Under the pieces are notes generated by a model. It was not told where the DNA came from and searched no databases. It saw only the letters and a list, made by a program, of their open reading frames with translations. A stretch of DNA of 64,000 bases from Patescibacteria group bacterium. Lineage in GTDB: Bacteria; Patescibacteriota; Patescibacteriia; JAHIZJ01. The stretch spans positions 75,471 to 139,470 of the forward strand of contig JAQTMH010000002.1 in NCBI GenBank assembly GCA_028714495.1, in the 5' to 3' direction. Made by a program: the position numbers and the translations under genes. The first letter of the stretch is position 1, and each line of letters opens with the position of its first letter. Positions 8,299-16,253 of the stretch are shown here, one piece after another.

Positions 8299-8901
8299 TT
8301 ATTGTATCCTTTTCTTCCGATACTTTCGGTATTCCTCGTCCTTCTTTATCAAATCCTCAATCAGACGCCGGAGATAATCAGCCTTTGAGAGATTGGTATT
8401 ATGGGTTTTCCAGTGGAGATATTGCTCTATTTGATGGGTGATCCGAAGCGTGAATTTAATCGTGGGCGCGCCGGCAAATTCGCTGTCTTCAAGTTGGCCA
8501 AGCATTTCATAAAGTGAGGGTTCAAGCGTCGGCGTGGAATAAATTTTCACCACGACATGGCTCGGAATCTTTTTCGAGGCGAGAAAGACCAGCGGATTGT
8601 TTGCCTGGCTCCCCTTCTCCATGAGATACAGAGTTGGCTTTTTTGCCGAAATAGCGTAAGCCAGGAGATAGCCAATCTCCGGATCGCTCCCCGAACCCTC
8701 AATAACCAAGACATCAATTTGATCAAGCACGCTCTGGCCAAGCTCTTCCGCCTTTTCCATCAGACTTTCGGCAATTTCGCCGGTTGGATTTAAATTTGAT
8801 ATGACAACCGAGCCAGACTGCTCCAAAAGCTTGCGCATCCGGTTTTGATTCTGCCGGGTTGATTCCCTGGCGGTATGGCTGGCAAAGAAGTATATCTTCA
8901 T
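8299..8901 (-). CDS. fusion protein: N-terminal nucleoside 2-deoxyribosyltransferase/Rcl-like Rossmann domain plus C-terminal ribbon-helix-helix DNA-binding domain
   Basis: N-terminus has MKIYFFAS...DVLVIEGSGSDPEIGYLLAYAISAKKP, matching the NDT family pattern with the conserved E-I-G-Y glutamate. C-terminus has IKFTLRITHQIEQYLHWKTHNTNLSKADYLRRLIEDL, which fits an RHH strand-helix-helix pattern. 4-bp overlap with the upstream asparaginase-like gene. Confidence 0.5.
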   Translation of the reverse strand: MKIYFFASHTARESTRQNQNRMRKLLEQSGSVVISNLNPTGEIAESLMEKAEELGQSVLDQIDVLVIEGSGSDPEIGYLLAYAISAKKPTLYLMEKGSQANNPLVFLASKKIPSHVVVKIYSTPTLEPSLYEMLGQLEDSEFAGAPTIKFTLRITHQIEQYLHWKTHNTNLSKADYLRRLIEDLIKKDEEYRKYRKKRIQ

Positions 8902-9914
8902 TTTCCCTCCTCCAGAGGCTTCAGAAATTCATTGGCTAGATTTTCGTTGACCAATTCGCGAAGTTGAGTTAATGACTTGGTTTGTCCCAGTGCCCACATT
9001 ACTTTGACCAAAGCCACTTCAGGCAACATGGAAGGAAGCTCAATAAGATGGGGCAACTTCGGGCCTTTTGCCTCTGTCATTTGAGAAAGAAAAACCGGTA
9101 AACGTCTCTGACTGGCGAATCTTTCCAGAAATTGATAGTCTGGTGTTTTTAGCGCCACATCGGTTGCGCGGATTAGCAAACCCTTCACGCCCGGACCAAG
9201 CAGATCCAGACCGCTTTTGAGGTTCATGCCCGGGTGAAGATGGAGACTGAAAACATTCGGTTCAAGCTCAGGATGAACAATTACCGCGGTTCGACGTCGG
9301 CGCTGATGTTCCTCGGATAGCTTTATTCCAAAATCGGCCTTACCCAAACCTTCGCCTGTTGCCTCTGCCAGGCTTTGGGTTTCCGACGGAGTCTTGCGCG
9401 TCTGGGTGGCTCGAAGCAAATGATTTCCGTACATGATCGACACCTCGGCCAAATCCATAGTTGCCACTTGAACCGCGTTGATCAGATTGGCTCGGATTCC
9501 CAGACGTAGGAAGCTGTCAAAAACTTTTTGGCTTCCTTTCACCGGCAGCCCTGGACTGTCTTGCGAGCCGGTCAAGACAATTGGTTTGCCCAAATTTTGA
9601 AGCATAAAGCTAAGAGCCGCTCCAGTATAAACAATTGAATCGAAATCATGGGTAATGACAAAACCGTCATACGCGCTGTAGTTCTTCTTTATCTCCTTAG
9701 CCAGGGTAGTCCAGATCTCCGGAGAAACCGACTCGGCCGCGCCCCCGAAAACAAAAATCGGCTCGATACTTGAAATGACAGCGAGTTCGGGTACGTCATC
9801 CAGCCAAGGCTTGATATCCGATTTGGCGTGAACCTCGGTTGTTTTATCGTTCCGGCTAATGAGAGTGGTACCCCCGCAGAACAAGAGGCAAATTTTCGGT
9901 CGTTTTATCGCCAT
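8898..9914 (-). CDS. L-asparaginase / GatD family protein (divergent second active-site motif)
   Basis: 338 aa. N-terminal ICLLFCGGTTLIS is the asparaginase TGGTIAG-type motif with a catalytic Thr. Second motif reads ITHDFDS rather than HGTDT. C-terminal asparaginase domain is present. Confidence 0.75.
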   Translation of the reverse strand: MAIKRPKICLLFCGGTTLISRNDKTTEVHAKSDIKPWLDDVPELAVISSIEPIFVFGGAAESVSPEIWTTLAKEIKKNYSAYDGFVITHDFDSIVYTGAALSFMLQNLGKPIVLTGSQDSPGLPVKGSQKVFDSFLRLGIRANLINAVQVATMDLAEVSIMYGNHLLRATQTRKTPSETQSLAEATGEGLGKADFGIKLSEEHQRRRRTAVIVHPELEPNVFSLHLHPGMNLKSGLDLLGPGVKGLLIRATDVALKTPDYQFLERFASQRRLPVFLSQMTEAKGPKLPHLIELPSMLPEVALVKVMWALGQTKSLTQLRELVNENLANEFLKPLEEGK

Positions 9915-9922
9915 TTCTTAGC

Positions 9923-9979
9923 GCCGTCTCTATTCTATTAGACGGCTTTAAGTATAAATACTAGCAATTCTTTTGTAAA
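9923..9979 (-). promoter_or_regulatory. promoter (TTTACA-N17-TATACT) and palindromic operator GCCGTCT-N10-AGACGGC in the leader of the asparaginase/NDT-RHH operon
   Basis: On the minus strand: -35 at 9974-9979, -10 at 9951-9956. Inverted repeat at 9923-9946 between the -10 and the start codon. Its half-site GACGGC(T) equals the core of the ssb-upstream direct repeats. Confidence 0.45.
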
Positions 9980-9980
9980 G

Positions 9981-10036
9981 CATCGCATCCGCCTTGGGCG
10001 GATTCTTTCATTTTTAATTTTTGAATTTTTCATAAG
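9981..10036. repeat. R-element copy 1: hairpin ATCCGCC-N4-GGCGGAT followed by TCTTTCATTTTTAATTTTTGAATTTTT
   Basis: Near-identical to 45441-45497 (stem identical, loop differs TTGG vs CAGG) and partially to 10244-10275. Each copy lies directly upstream of a TTTACA -35 of a minus-strand gene. Confidence 0.7.
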
Positions 10037-10243
10037 ACCGAACTTAAGTTCGGATTGAGAAGGCTTTAGCCTGGATGGGAATTCCCTGCCTTTAGTTTCG
10101 ACATTAAATCAAACTCCGGAAGCTTCCGCGCTTCCATCAGATAATGTTTCTCCCTTGGTGAAGAAACCTTTACCCGCCTCTTTATTGAGAATTCAAAATG
10201 TAAAATGAAGGAAGCCCGGCATTCGCTGGGCAACAACCATTTT

Positions 10244-10275
10244 TAATTCTTAATTTTGAATTTTCAATTTCCTAA
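10244..10275. repeat. R-element copy 3 (A/T-rich half only: CATTTTTAATTCTTAATTTTGAATTTT)
   Basis: 28/28 identity to the A/T-rich arm of the copy at 45465-45492; lacks the hairpin arm. Confidence 0.6.
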
Positions 10276-10284
10276 TTGGCCCAA

Positions 10285-10588
10285 ATAAAAAAGGCCAAGA
10301 GCTTGTCGTGTCTGGGAAGCACCCGCAGTAACCTTGGCGTGATTACTGGGGCAAAGCAACAACACTCTTGGCCTTCGAAAGAAATGGGCAGTACACTGGT
10401 GCGTCTTAGGCGTATACCAGTGCGTTTGCTGTCGGGGCATAGCACAGCTGGCAACGCCCTTGGTCGTTCTTAGGGATTGCCCCGACCACTCCCCCAGTGG
10501 TCCAAGGAGGTCCCCCCCAATTTGAAAGGAATTCTCCTTTCTCCAAGGGATGTCCCGTACTGCCCGAATCTATACTTGCTTAAGGAAC
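10285..10588 (-). ncRNA. candidate structured ncRNA A (about 300 nt) with its own promoter and intrinsic terminator; family unassigned
   Basis: Minus-strand TTGACA (10617-10622), 16-nt spacer, TG-extended TATTAT (10595-10600). Terminator stem GGCCAAGAG/CTCTTGGCC (10293-10301 / 10365-10373) then U6AUU. GC-rich interior with a closing helix GGGCAGUAC/GUACUGCCC (10386-10394 / 10557-10565) and several internal hairpins. No ORF with an RBS. Confidence 0.45.
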
Positions 10589-10625
10589 AAAAATATAATA
10601 ACAGTTCTATTCTTTCTGTCAACCA

Positions 10626-10878
10626 ATAAAAAAGGGCCAAAGCTATCGTGGGGCAACAGGAGGCATGCGAACGCGCCGCGAGAAAAAACGATAGCCTTGG
10701 CCTTTATCACACAGGCAAAGGGCTTTTAGTTGTCAAACCAGTTGTTAGACTCTGAAGGCTTCCCTTGCCTTACTAGGCCGGCAGGACGGGTAAGCTGAGG
10801 ATTCCAGAAAGGTAGCTTGATGGCAGTCATGGCTGCTACCGACGGATCTCACGCGCCCTGCCGCAGTCACGAAAGTAT
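10626..10878 (-). ncRNA. candidate structured ncRNA B (about 250 nt), a paralogous arrangement to A; family unassigned
   Basis: Minus-strand TTGACT (10907-10912), 16-nt spacer, TG-extended TAATAT (10885-10890). Terminator stem GGGCCAAAGCTATCG/CGATAGCCTTGGCC (10634-10648 / 10689-10702) then U6AUU. The base of the terminator stem (AAAAAAGGCCAAG...CTTGGCCTTT) is shared with A. Long-range CGGCAGG/CCUGCCG pairing inside. Confidence 0.45.
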
Positions 10879-11023
10879 GTCCTTATATTAACACCACTGA
10901 TTTTGAAGTCAAGACTCAATAAAAACCCCTGGTTCCCAAAGCGCTTCGTGGTGCTTTGGGTGGTAAAGCTGCTTGCGAAAGGACTTTGCCTGATCAAAAG
11001 CAGGAAGCGCGTAAGTCCTAAAA

Positions 11024-12307
11024 TCAATTATTTTGCCACTCTGGTCCTTGTCTAACTAAAAGCTCTGAAGCCCGCATGGGTTCAGCCATCAGCTCTTTGA
11101 CGACCTTCTCGAGTCTGGCCACTTGGGAACCTTTAACTAGGATCAGGTCGCCTGGTTTAATTCGGTCTTCAAGGAACTTACCGGCTGGCTCAGCGTAATC
11201 AAATGAATATATTTCTTCTTTTGGAAAACCCTGGGCTTGGGCAGCCTCGGCGATTATTTTCGCCTTTTCGCCGACTGTCACCAGATAATTCACACACGAT
11301 ACCGCCATCTCCCCTACTTCACGATGGCCCTGTTCAGTATAGGAACCGAGTTCAGCCATATCACCAAGTACCGCGTATTTCGCGCCTCTAGCCGGGAGTT
11401 CCTCAAGTGTTTTTAAGGCAGCCACGGCGGCGGTCGGCGAAGAATTATAAGAATCGTCTATGATAAGAGTTTTTTTAATTCCAGCGATCAGGTTCATTCG
11501 GCCGGCTGGTGGACGAAACCCTTTTATCCTCTCGCTCATTTCCACGGCGTTCAAATTAAAACCTGAACCCACGGCCAGGGCCGCGATCGCCGCGTAAATC
11601 TGATGTCGGCCGATGGCGTGCGGCAGAAAAACTGGGAAGGTGCTGCCGTGGAATTTAACCTTAAAACTCAAACCCGGTGTCGCCTCCTTGGTCTGATCTT
11701 CGCTTAGTCGAATATCAAAGGCTCGAATACCCGCTTCCTCGCTAAAACCATAGGTTACAACTTGAGCGCTGGTTTTTTCGCGCATGGGTATAACCAAATC
11801 ATCATCATTGTTTAAAACCGCCCAGCCGGCTGTGGGCAGGCTTTTTATCAGGTGGCTTTTTTCCTGGGCAATCCTTTCTATCTTCGAAAAGTACTCGAGA
11901 TGGACTGGCCCGACCGCCGTAACCACGCCCACAAATGGCCTAGTAAATTTAACTAGATATTGGATGTCTCCGGGATGGTCAGCGCCCATTTCTAAAATCA
12001 AGATCTGGGGATAATCAACCCTCGGGCCATAAATCAGGCGCCAGCCATACAGAAATACTCCCAGCCAAGCCAGGGGATTTTTTCTCCCAGATTCACGACC
12101 AATAATTGTCAGGGGTACGCCGATTTCATTATTGTAATTTTTCTGATTGCGACGGCATTTGTAATGGCTGCTCATAACCGTAAAGATCGCCTCTTTAGTC
12201 GAGGTTTTCCCAACGCTACCGGTAATGCCGATAACTTTTGGTTGATAGCGATGGAGGATTTTCCTGGCTAGGTAACGGAGGATCGATTGGAGAACTTTTT
12301 TAGACAT
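11024..12307 (-). CDS. murF: UDP-N-acetylmuramoyl-tripeptide--D-alanyl-D-alanine ligase (short form, no N-terminal domain)
   Basis: GITGSVGKTSTKE P-loop, NYNNEIGVPLT motif and Mur ligase C-terminal domain. 427 aa. Confidence 0.85.
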   Translation of the reverse strand: MSKKVLQSILRYLARKILHRYQPKVIGITGSVGKTSTKEAIFTVMSSHYKCRRNQKNYNNEIGVPLTIIGRESGRKNPLAWLGVFLYGWRLIYGPRVDYPQILILEMGADHPGDIQYLVKFTRPFVGVVTAVGPVHLEYFSKIERIAQEKSHLIKSLPTAGWAVLNNDDDLVIPMREKTSAQVVTYGFSEEAGIRAFDIRLSEDQTKEATPGLSFKVKFHGSTFPVFLPHAIGRHQIYAAIAALAVGSGFNLNAVEMSERIKGFRPPAGRMNLIAGIKKTLIIDDSYNSSPTAAVAALKTLEELPARGAKYAVLGDMAELGSYTEQGHREVGEMAVSCVNYLVTVGEKAKIIAEAAQAQGFPKEEIYSFDYAEPAGKFLEDRIKPGDLILVKGSQVARLEKVVKELMAEPMRASELLVRQGPEWQNN

Positions 12308-12352
12308 TTTAGGTGAAAATACAAATTTCTATAAACATTCGAATCTCGAATT

Positions 12353-14113
12353 TTACTCTTGATCTGTTCTCGTTGGCGGCACTTCATAGTAGTTTAGCAA
12401 AAATTCGGCAATATCGCCAAAAAGCGGGGCCGCTGAACTTTCCGCCCAAATCACATCTTTGGGTACGTCCAACTTCACCACCATCACGAATGAAGGATTA
12501 TCAACCGGGCCGTATCCGGCAAAAGTACCGATGGTTCGATTTGGATCGTAGCCAGCTCGATCAGTATTGGGTATCTGAGCCGTGCCCGTCTTACCGGCTA
12601 TGTAATACCCTTTAACGCCAGCTTGCTTGCCGTGACCGTTCTCTACCACCCGCACCAACATGGCGCCTAAGGTAGCTGCTGTTTTTGAAGAAATTACCTG
12701 TCTTATTTCCTTGGGTTGAGTTTTTACCTTGACGCCGTTGTCGCTTATTATTTCGTCAACAATATACGGCTGTAAAAGTTTTCCCCCATTGGCGATTGCC
12801 AAAAATGCTTTAGCTATCTGCAAGGGCGTCACCGTAATGCCCTGCCCGAATGAAGCTGTCGAGCGATATATATCCCTCATCTTGGAGAGTGAACTGATAT
12901 CACCGGTAGATTCTGAATCGAGCGTAATATCGGTCGCTTCACCAAAGCCGAAAGATTTCACATACTCATAAAATTTTTCGTTGCCAATTTGCTCTGAGGC
13001 ATAGATCGCGCCGGTGTTTATCGAATTTTCCAAAACTTCGGTCATGGTCTGCTCCCCGTAAACCTTGTTGTCAGCATTGCGAATAGTATATTTGCCGATC
13101 TGGACGCTTCCTTCATCGACATATTTACTGTTGGGTCCAACCGCGCCCTCATTAATCGCCGAGGCCATGGTGAAGGGTTTAAAAACTGAACCGGGCTCGT
13201 ATTGATTATAAATTGCTCGGTTGATAAAAATATTTTGATCTTCAACTTCATTATACTTGTTCGGGTCAAAATCCGGGACATTGCACATAGCGATAATCGC
13301 TCCAGTTTTTGGATCGAGAATAATCAGGCTGCCGGAGTCAGCGCCGTGCTTTTCAACCGCTTTGGCCAATTTATCGCAAGCGGTAAATTGAATAGTCCGG
13401 TCAAGTGTCAAGACAACGTCTGTCCCGTCGACCGCTTCCTGTAATTTCGTATCACCCATCGTAATCCAGCGGCCCCCCGCGTCAAGTTGCGCCTGAAAAA
13501 ATCCTGCCTGTCCAGCCAGCTCTTTATCAAAATAGCCCTCGATGCCATACTGGCCTTTGCGCTCATCACCCTGATAGCCGACAAAACCCGTTACGTGACT
13601 GAAATATTCGCCTTCGGGATAATAACGGTAGCTTTCATCAGAGAATTCAATGCCGTCCAACTTTAATTCTTTTATTTTTGTCACGGTTTCTTCAGGAACT
13701 TGATGTTTCAACGGTTCATAAAGATCGTCGGCCTTTTGTAAACGAGGCAATATTTCTTCGGCTTCTAATTCAAGAATCGGGGCCAGTTTATCGGCCGTCT
13801 CTTCAGCCTTGGTTATCTTTTTTGGAACCGCGTAAACCAGCTGGTATGTCTTATTTGTGGCTATAGAATAGAGGTCGTTTCCCGAATAACGATCATGGAC
13901 ATAAATTTCGCCGCGCTGAGGCACCAGCTTTTCATAAATATCGTGCTGGTCCGAGGCCAGGGCGGCGTAAAAGCCGTGTTGAAAAACTTGTAGCACAAAC
14001 AAGCGATAAGTAATCGCGGCCACAAAAACAAAAATGACCACGCTGAGAAAAGTCAATCGGTCAAAACGCCTTTCCGAACGACGTTTTGTCTCAAATCTTT
14101 TCCGCCAGACCAT
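12353..14113 (-). CDS. ftsI: peptidoglycan D,D-transpeptidase (penicillin-binding protein 2 / FtsI-like)
   Basis: N-terminal TM anchor and dimerisation domain. Transpeptidase motifs S-V-F-K, SxN and KTGT (AGKTGTAQ). Confidence 0.88.
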   Translation of the reverse strand: MVWRKRFETKRRSERRFDRLTFLSVVIFVFVAAITYRLFVLQVFQHGFYAALASDQHDIYEKLVPQRGEIYVHDRYSGNDLYSIATNKTYQLVYAVPKKITKAEETADKLAPILELEAEEILPRLQKADDLYEPLKHQVPEETVTKIKELKLDGIEFSDESYRYYPEGEYFSHVTGFVGYQGDERKGQYGIEGYFDKELAGQAGFFQAQLDAGGRWITMGDTKLQEAVDGTDVVLTLDRTIQFTACDKLAKAVEKHGADSGSLIILDPKTGAIIAMCNVPDFDPNKYNEVEDQNIFINRAIYNQYEPGSVFKPFTMASAINEGAVGPNSKYVDEGSVQIGKYTIRNADNKVYGEQTMTEVLENSINTGAIYASEQIGNEKFYEYVKSFGFGEATDITLDSESTGDISSLSKMRDIYRSTASFGQGITVTPLQIAKAFLAIANGGKLLQPYIVDEIISDNGVKVKTQPKEIRQVISSKTAATLGAMLVRVVENGHGKQAGVKGYYIAGKTGTAQIPNTDRAGYDPNRTIGTFAGYGPVDNPSFVMVVKLDVPKDVIWAESSAAPLFGDIAEFLLNYYEVPPTRTDQE

Positions 14114-14148
14114 GGCCTAAATAATCAATTCAAAGATTTTTCTATAAA

Positions 14149-14517
14149 CTAGCGCTCTAAAGCGACGGCGCCTTGAGTCGGTTCAAGATATTCAAGCTTC
14201 GTCCTAGCAACTAGCTGGAGGCGCTCAGTCGCTGCCTGAATTTTCTGCAGGGATTGGAGATCGGCCACCTGTAGCTCCATCTTTTGGCTGGATTCCTGGA
14301 GATTTTTAATATCTTTATTCAAACTATCGATCGCAAAACCACTGGTCGCGGTCCGATTCACCTGAACCAGATAAGCCAAACCAAGAACAACAATTAGAAC
14401 GAGTAAAGCGATATTTAAAGTCTTCGGCTTTTGACTCAGACGCTGAAACAAACTCGGCCGCTTAGTCGCCGCATATTTCTGCTGATTAGTTTTGCACAAG
14501 AAGAAGTATTTAGACAT
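14149..14517 (-). CDS. ftsL: cell division protein FtsL-like (single TM plus coiled coil)
   Basis: 122 aa; sits between rsmH and ftsI. TM helix LNIALLVLIVVLGLAYLV followed by a heptad-like region. Confidence 0.65.
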   Translation of the reverse strand: MSKYFFLCKTNQQKYAATKRPSLFQRLSQKPKTLNIALLVLIVVLGLAYLVQVNRTATSGFAIDSLNKDIKNLQESSQKMELQVADLQSLQKIQAATERLQLVARTKLEYLEPTQGAVALER

Positions 14518-14523
14518 AAAAAA

Positions 14524-15486
14524 TCAAATTTTTTCTGCCACCCTCAAGTGGGCGCTCCGCGAACGGGGGTTTTCCCTCCGTTCGACTGCCCCAGCCGTGA
14601 CGCCCTTTTTGGTCAGACGCTTTAGGCTGGCCCGGTGATGGCACTGGCAAACGGGGATTTCCGGCGGGCAAATACATTTACGACTTTCTCGCTGAAAAAA
14701 ATCTTTGACGATTTTATCCTCCAGAGAATGGAAGCTGATTACCGCCAGCCGTCCGCCTGTTTTTAGAATGCTCAGCGCCCCTTCAAGACCCTTGGGCAAA
14801 TTAGACAGTTCGCGATTAACAGCCAGGCGCAGGGCTTGAAAAGTTTTCGTGGCTGGATGAGTGCCCCCCACCCAGGGCTTTGGTTTATGTGAATGAAGCT
14901 TATTGATATATACCCGGAGTATAGCCGCGGTCAAATCGCCGACTTTAGAAAATTTTTGTTTTTGACGGAAGAGGAGAATTTCTTTGGCGATTTGGCGAGT
15001 ATGGTTTTCTTGGCCATACTCCGATAGTATTTTTGTTAGTTCATTTTCAGGGTACGTGTTTAGGATGTCAGCGGCTGTCAGACCTTCTCCCGACATCCGC
15101 ATATCCAGGGGTGCCTCGGGCTTCAGGAAAGAAAATCCCCGAGTTTCGTCCCCGAGCTCAAATGATGATACGCCAAGATCGAGTAGAAAAGCACTAATTG
15201 GAAGATTTCGAAATTGTTCATGATGAATCCGAGGTAAATTTACAAAGTTTGTCTGAAAGAGATGAACGCGTCTACCGAATCTGGCCAATCTTTTTTTGGC
15301 GGCCGCGATAGCTTTCGGATCAAGGTCGCAGCCGATCAACTGACCCTGAGGCGCCGTTTTCTCTAAAATCGCTTCGGCATGCCCGCCTCCGCCGATAGTT
15401 CCGTCAATAACATTGAAGTTTGGTTTCAGGTCAAGCCAGGAAATCGTCTCCTTGAGAAGAACGGGCGTATGGAACTCTGTTGTCAT
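14524..15486 (-). CDS. rsmH: 16S rRNA (cytosine1402-N4)-methyltransferase
   Basis: DGTIGGGGHAEAIL SAM-binding motif; MraW family; placed after mraZ. Confidence 0.92.
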   Translation of the reverse strand: MTTEFHTPVLLKETISWLDLKPNFNVIDGTIGGGGHAEAILEKTAPQGQLIGCDLDPKAIAAAKKRLARFGRRVHLFQTNFVNLPRIHHEQFRNLPISAFLLDLGVSSFELGDETRGFSFLKPEAPLDMRMSGEGLTAADILNTYPENELTKILSEYGQENHTRQIAKEILLFRQKQKFSKVGDLTAAILRVYINKLHSHKPKPWVGGTHPATKTFQALRLAVNRELSNLPKGLEGALSILKTGGRLAVISFHSLEDKIVKDFFQRESRKCICPPEIPVCQCHHRASLKRLTKKGVTAGAVERRENPRSRSAHLRVAEKI

Positions 15487-15491
15487 GGTAC

Positions 15492-15923
15492 TTATACCCC
15501 CAATTCACCCAGGGCTTCAGCAATGTCACCGGAATTTTTTTCAGTACCCAGTTTGTACTTTTCCCAAACCAGAGCGTCCCAGATTTCCAACCGGTTGTAT
15601 AAACCCGCGATAACCACCTTTTTCTTGATCGAAGCGTATTTCCTTAAATAATCCGGCAAAATGACCCTCCCCTGCTTATCAACATCCGCATCCATGGCCC
15701 CAGCCAGCATTAAACGCGCGAAAGCCCTGGTATTCGCCTGGCTGATCGGGAGCTTGGCCAAACGGTCAGCCAGCTTAGTCCATTCCTCTTTGGTGTATAA
15801 AAACAAGCAATTATCAAGACCGCGAGTTACGACCGCGCCTTTTGACAAGTCTGTCCGGAATTTCACCGGTACAGCCACTCGGCCTTTTTCATCTAGATTA
15901 TGATGATACTCTCCGATAAACAT
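15492..15923 (-). CDS. mraZ: transcriptional regulator MraZ
   Basis: 143 aa. Duplicated DxxGR motifs (DEKGRVAVP and DKQGRVILP) are typical of MraZ. Confidence 0.92.
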   Translation of the reverse strand: MFIGEYHHNLDEKGRVAVPVKFRTDLSKGAVVTRGLDNCLFLYTKEEWTKLADRLAKLPISQANTRAFARLMLAGAMDADVDKQGRVILPDYLRKYASIKKKVVIAGLYNRLEIWDALVWEKYKLGTEKNSGDIAEALGELGV

Positions 15924-15953
15924 TTATGTGTGCTTTAGACTAAGGTGTGTTAT

Positions 15954-16037
15954 CCACCATTGTTATGGGTTATCCCCACTTTTATCCACTTTCAACCACT
16001 CTATTACCATTTTACACCACAACAACACACGCGTCAA
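15954..16037 (-). promoter_or_regulatory. Pmra promoter (TTGACG-N17-TAAAAT) followed by an MraZ operator: GTGG repeats phased at 10 bp
   Basis: Minus-strand -35 at 16032-16037, -10 at 16009-16014. Downstream of it: GTGGttgaaaGTGGataaaaGTGGggataa. On the plus strand CCAC occurs at 15976, 15986, 15996 and again at 15954. This matches the known AAAGTG[GT] / GTGGG MraZ boxes with 10-bp periodicity. Confidence 0.6.
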
Positions 16038-16154
16038 CACTATGTTACAACAGTTTTTATACCTAAAGGTCAAGTTTTTTGGATAAAAAACAGTCCCCTT
16101 TCAATATCTTGTGTGGGGTTGAGAAAAATGACACTAAATAACCGGCATGTGCCC

Positions 16155-16183
16155 TTGACAGAATATTTTTTATTTGCTAATAT
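16155..16183 (+). promoter_or_regulatory. consensus sigma-70 promoter TTGACA-N17-TAATAT, divergent from Pmra
   Basis: -35 at 16155-16160, -10 at 16178-16183. Drives the small basic ORF/transcript below. Confidence 0.55.
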
Positions 16184-16253
16184 TATCTGTTTTGCTGTTC
16201 CTTCGCATCTATGCGCTGCATTAATTCCTAGGTCTTCGAATGAAGGAGGGGTT

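Noticed and set aside
10272-10473. Overlapping 60-65-aa ORFs on both strands inside the GC-rich spacer
   Set aside because: No RBS. Their reading frames run across terminator stems and promoter hexamers. The region is better explained as structured RNA.
10432-10487. tRNA-like or tmRNA-like end: CGGGGCA ... UGCCCCG-A-CCA with a matching 5' acceptor strand
   Set aside because: Only 56 nt between the strands, with no canonical D-arm or T-loop and no tag reading frame. On the strand with promoter/terminator support (minus) it does not read as an acceptor stem.
15950-15999. Cluster of TTATCCAC-like motifs suggesting DnaA boxes / oriC
   Set aside because: No dnaA/dnaN nearby. The motifs are the reverse complement of GTGG boxes phased at 10 bp directly downstream of the mraZ promoter, which is the MraZ operator pattern.
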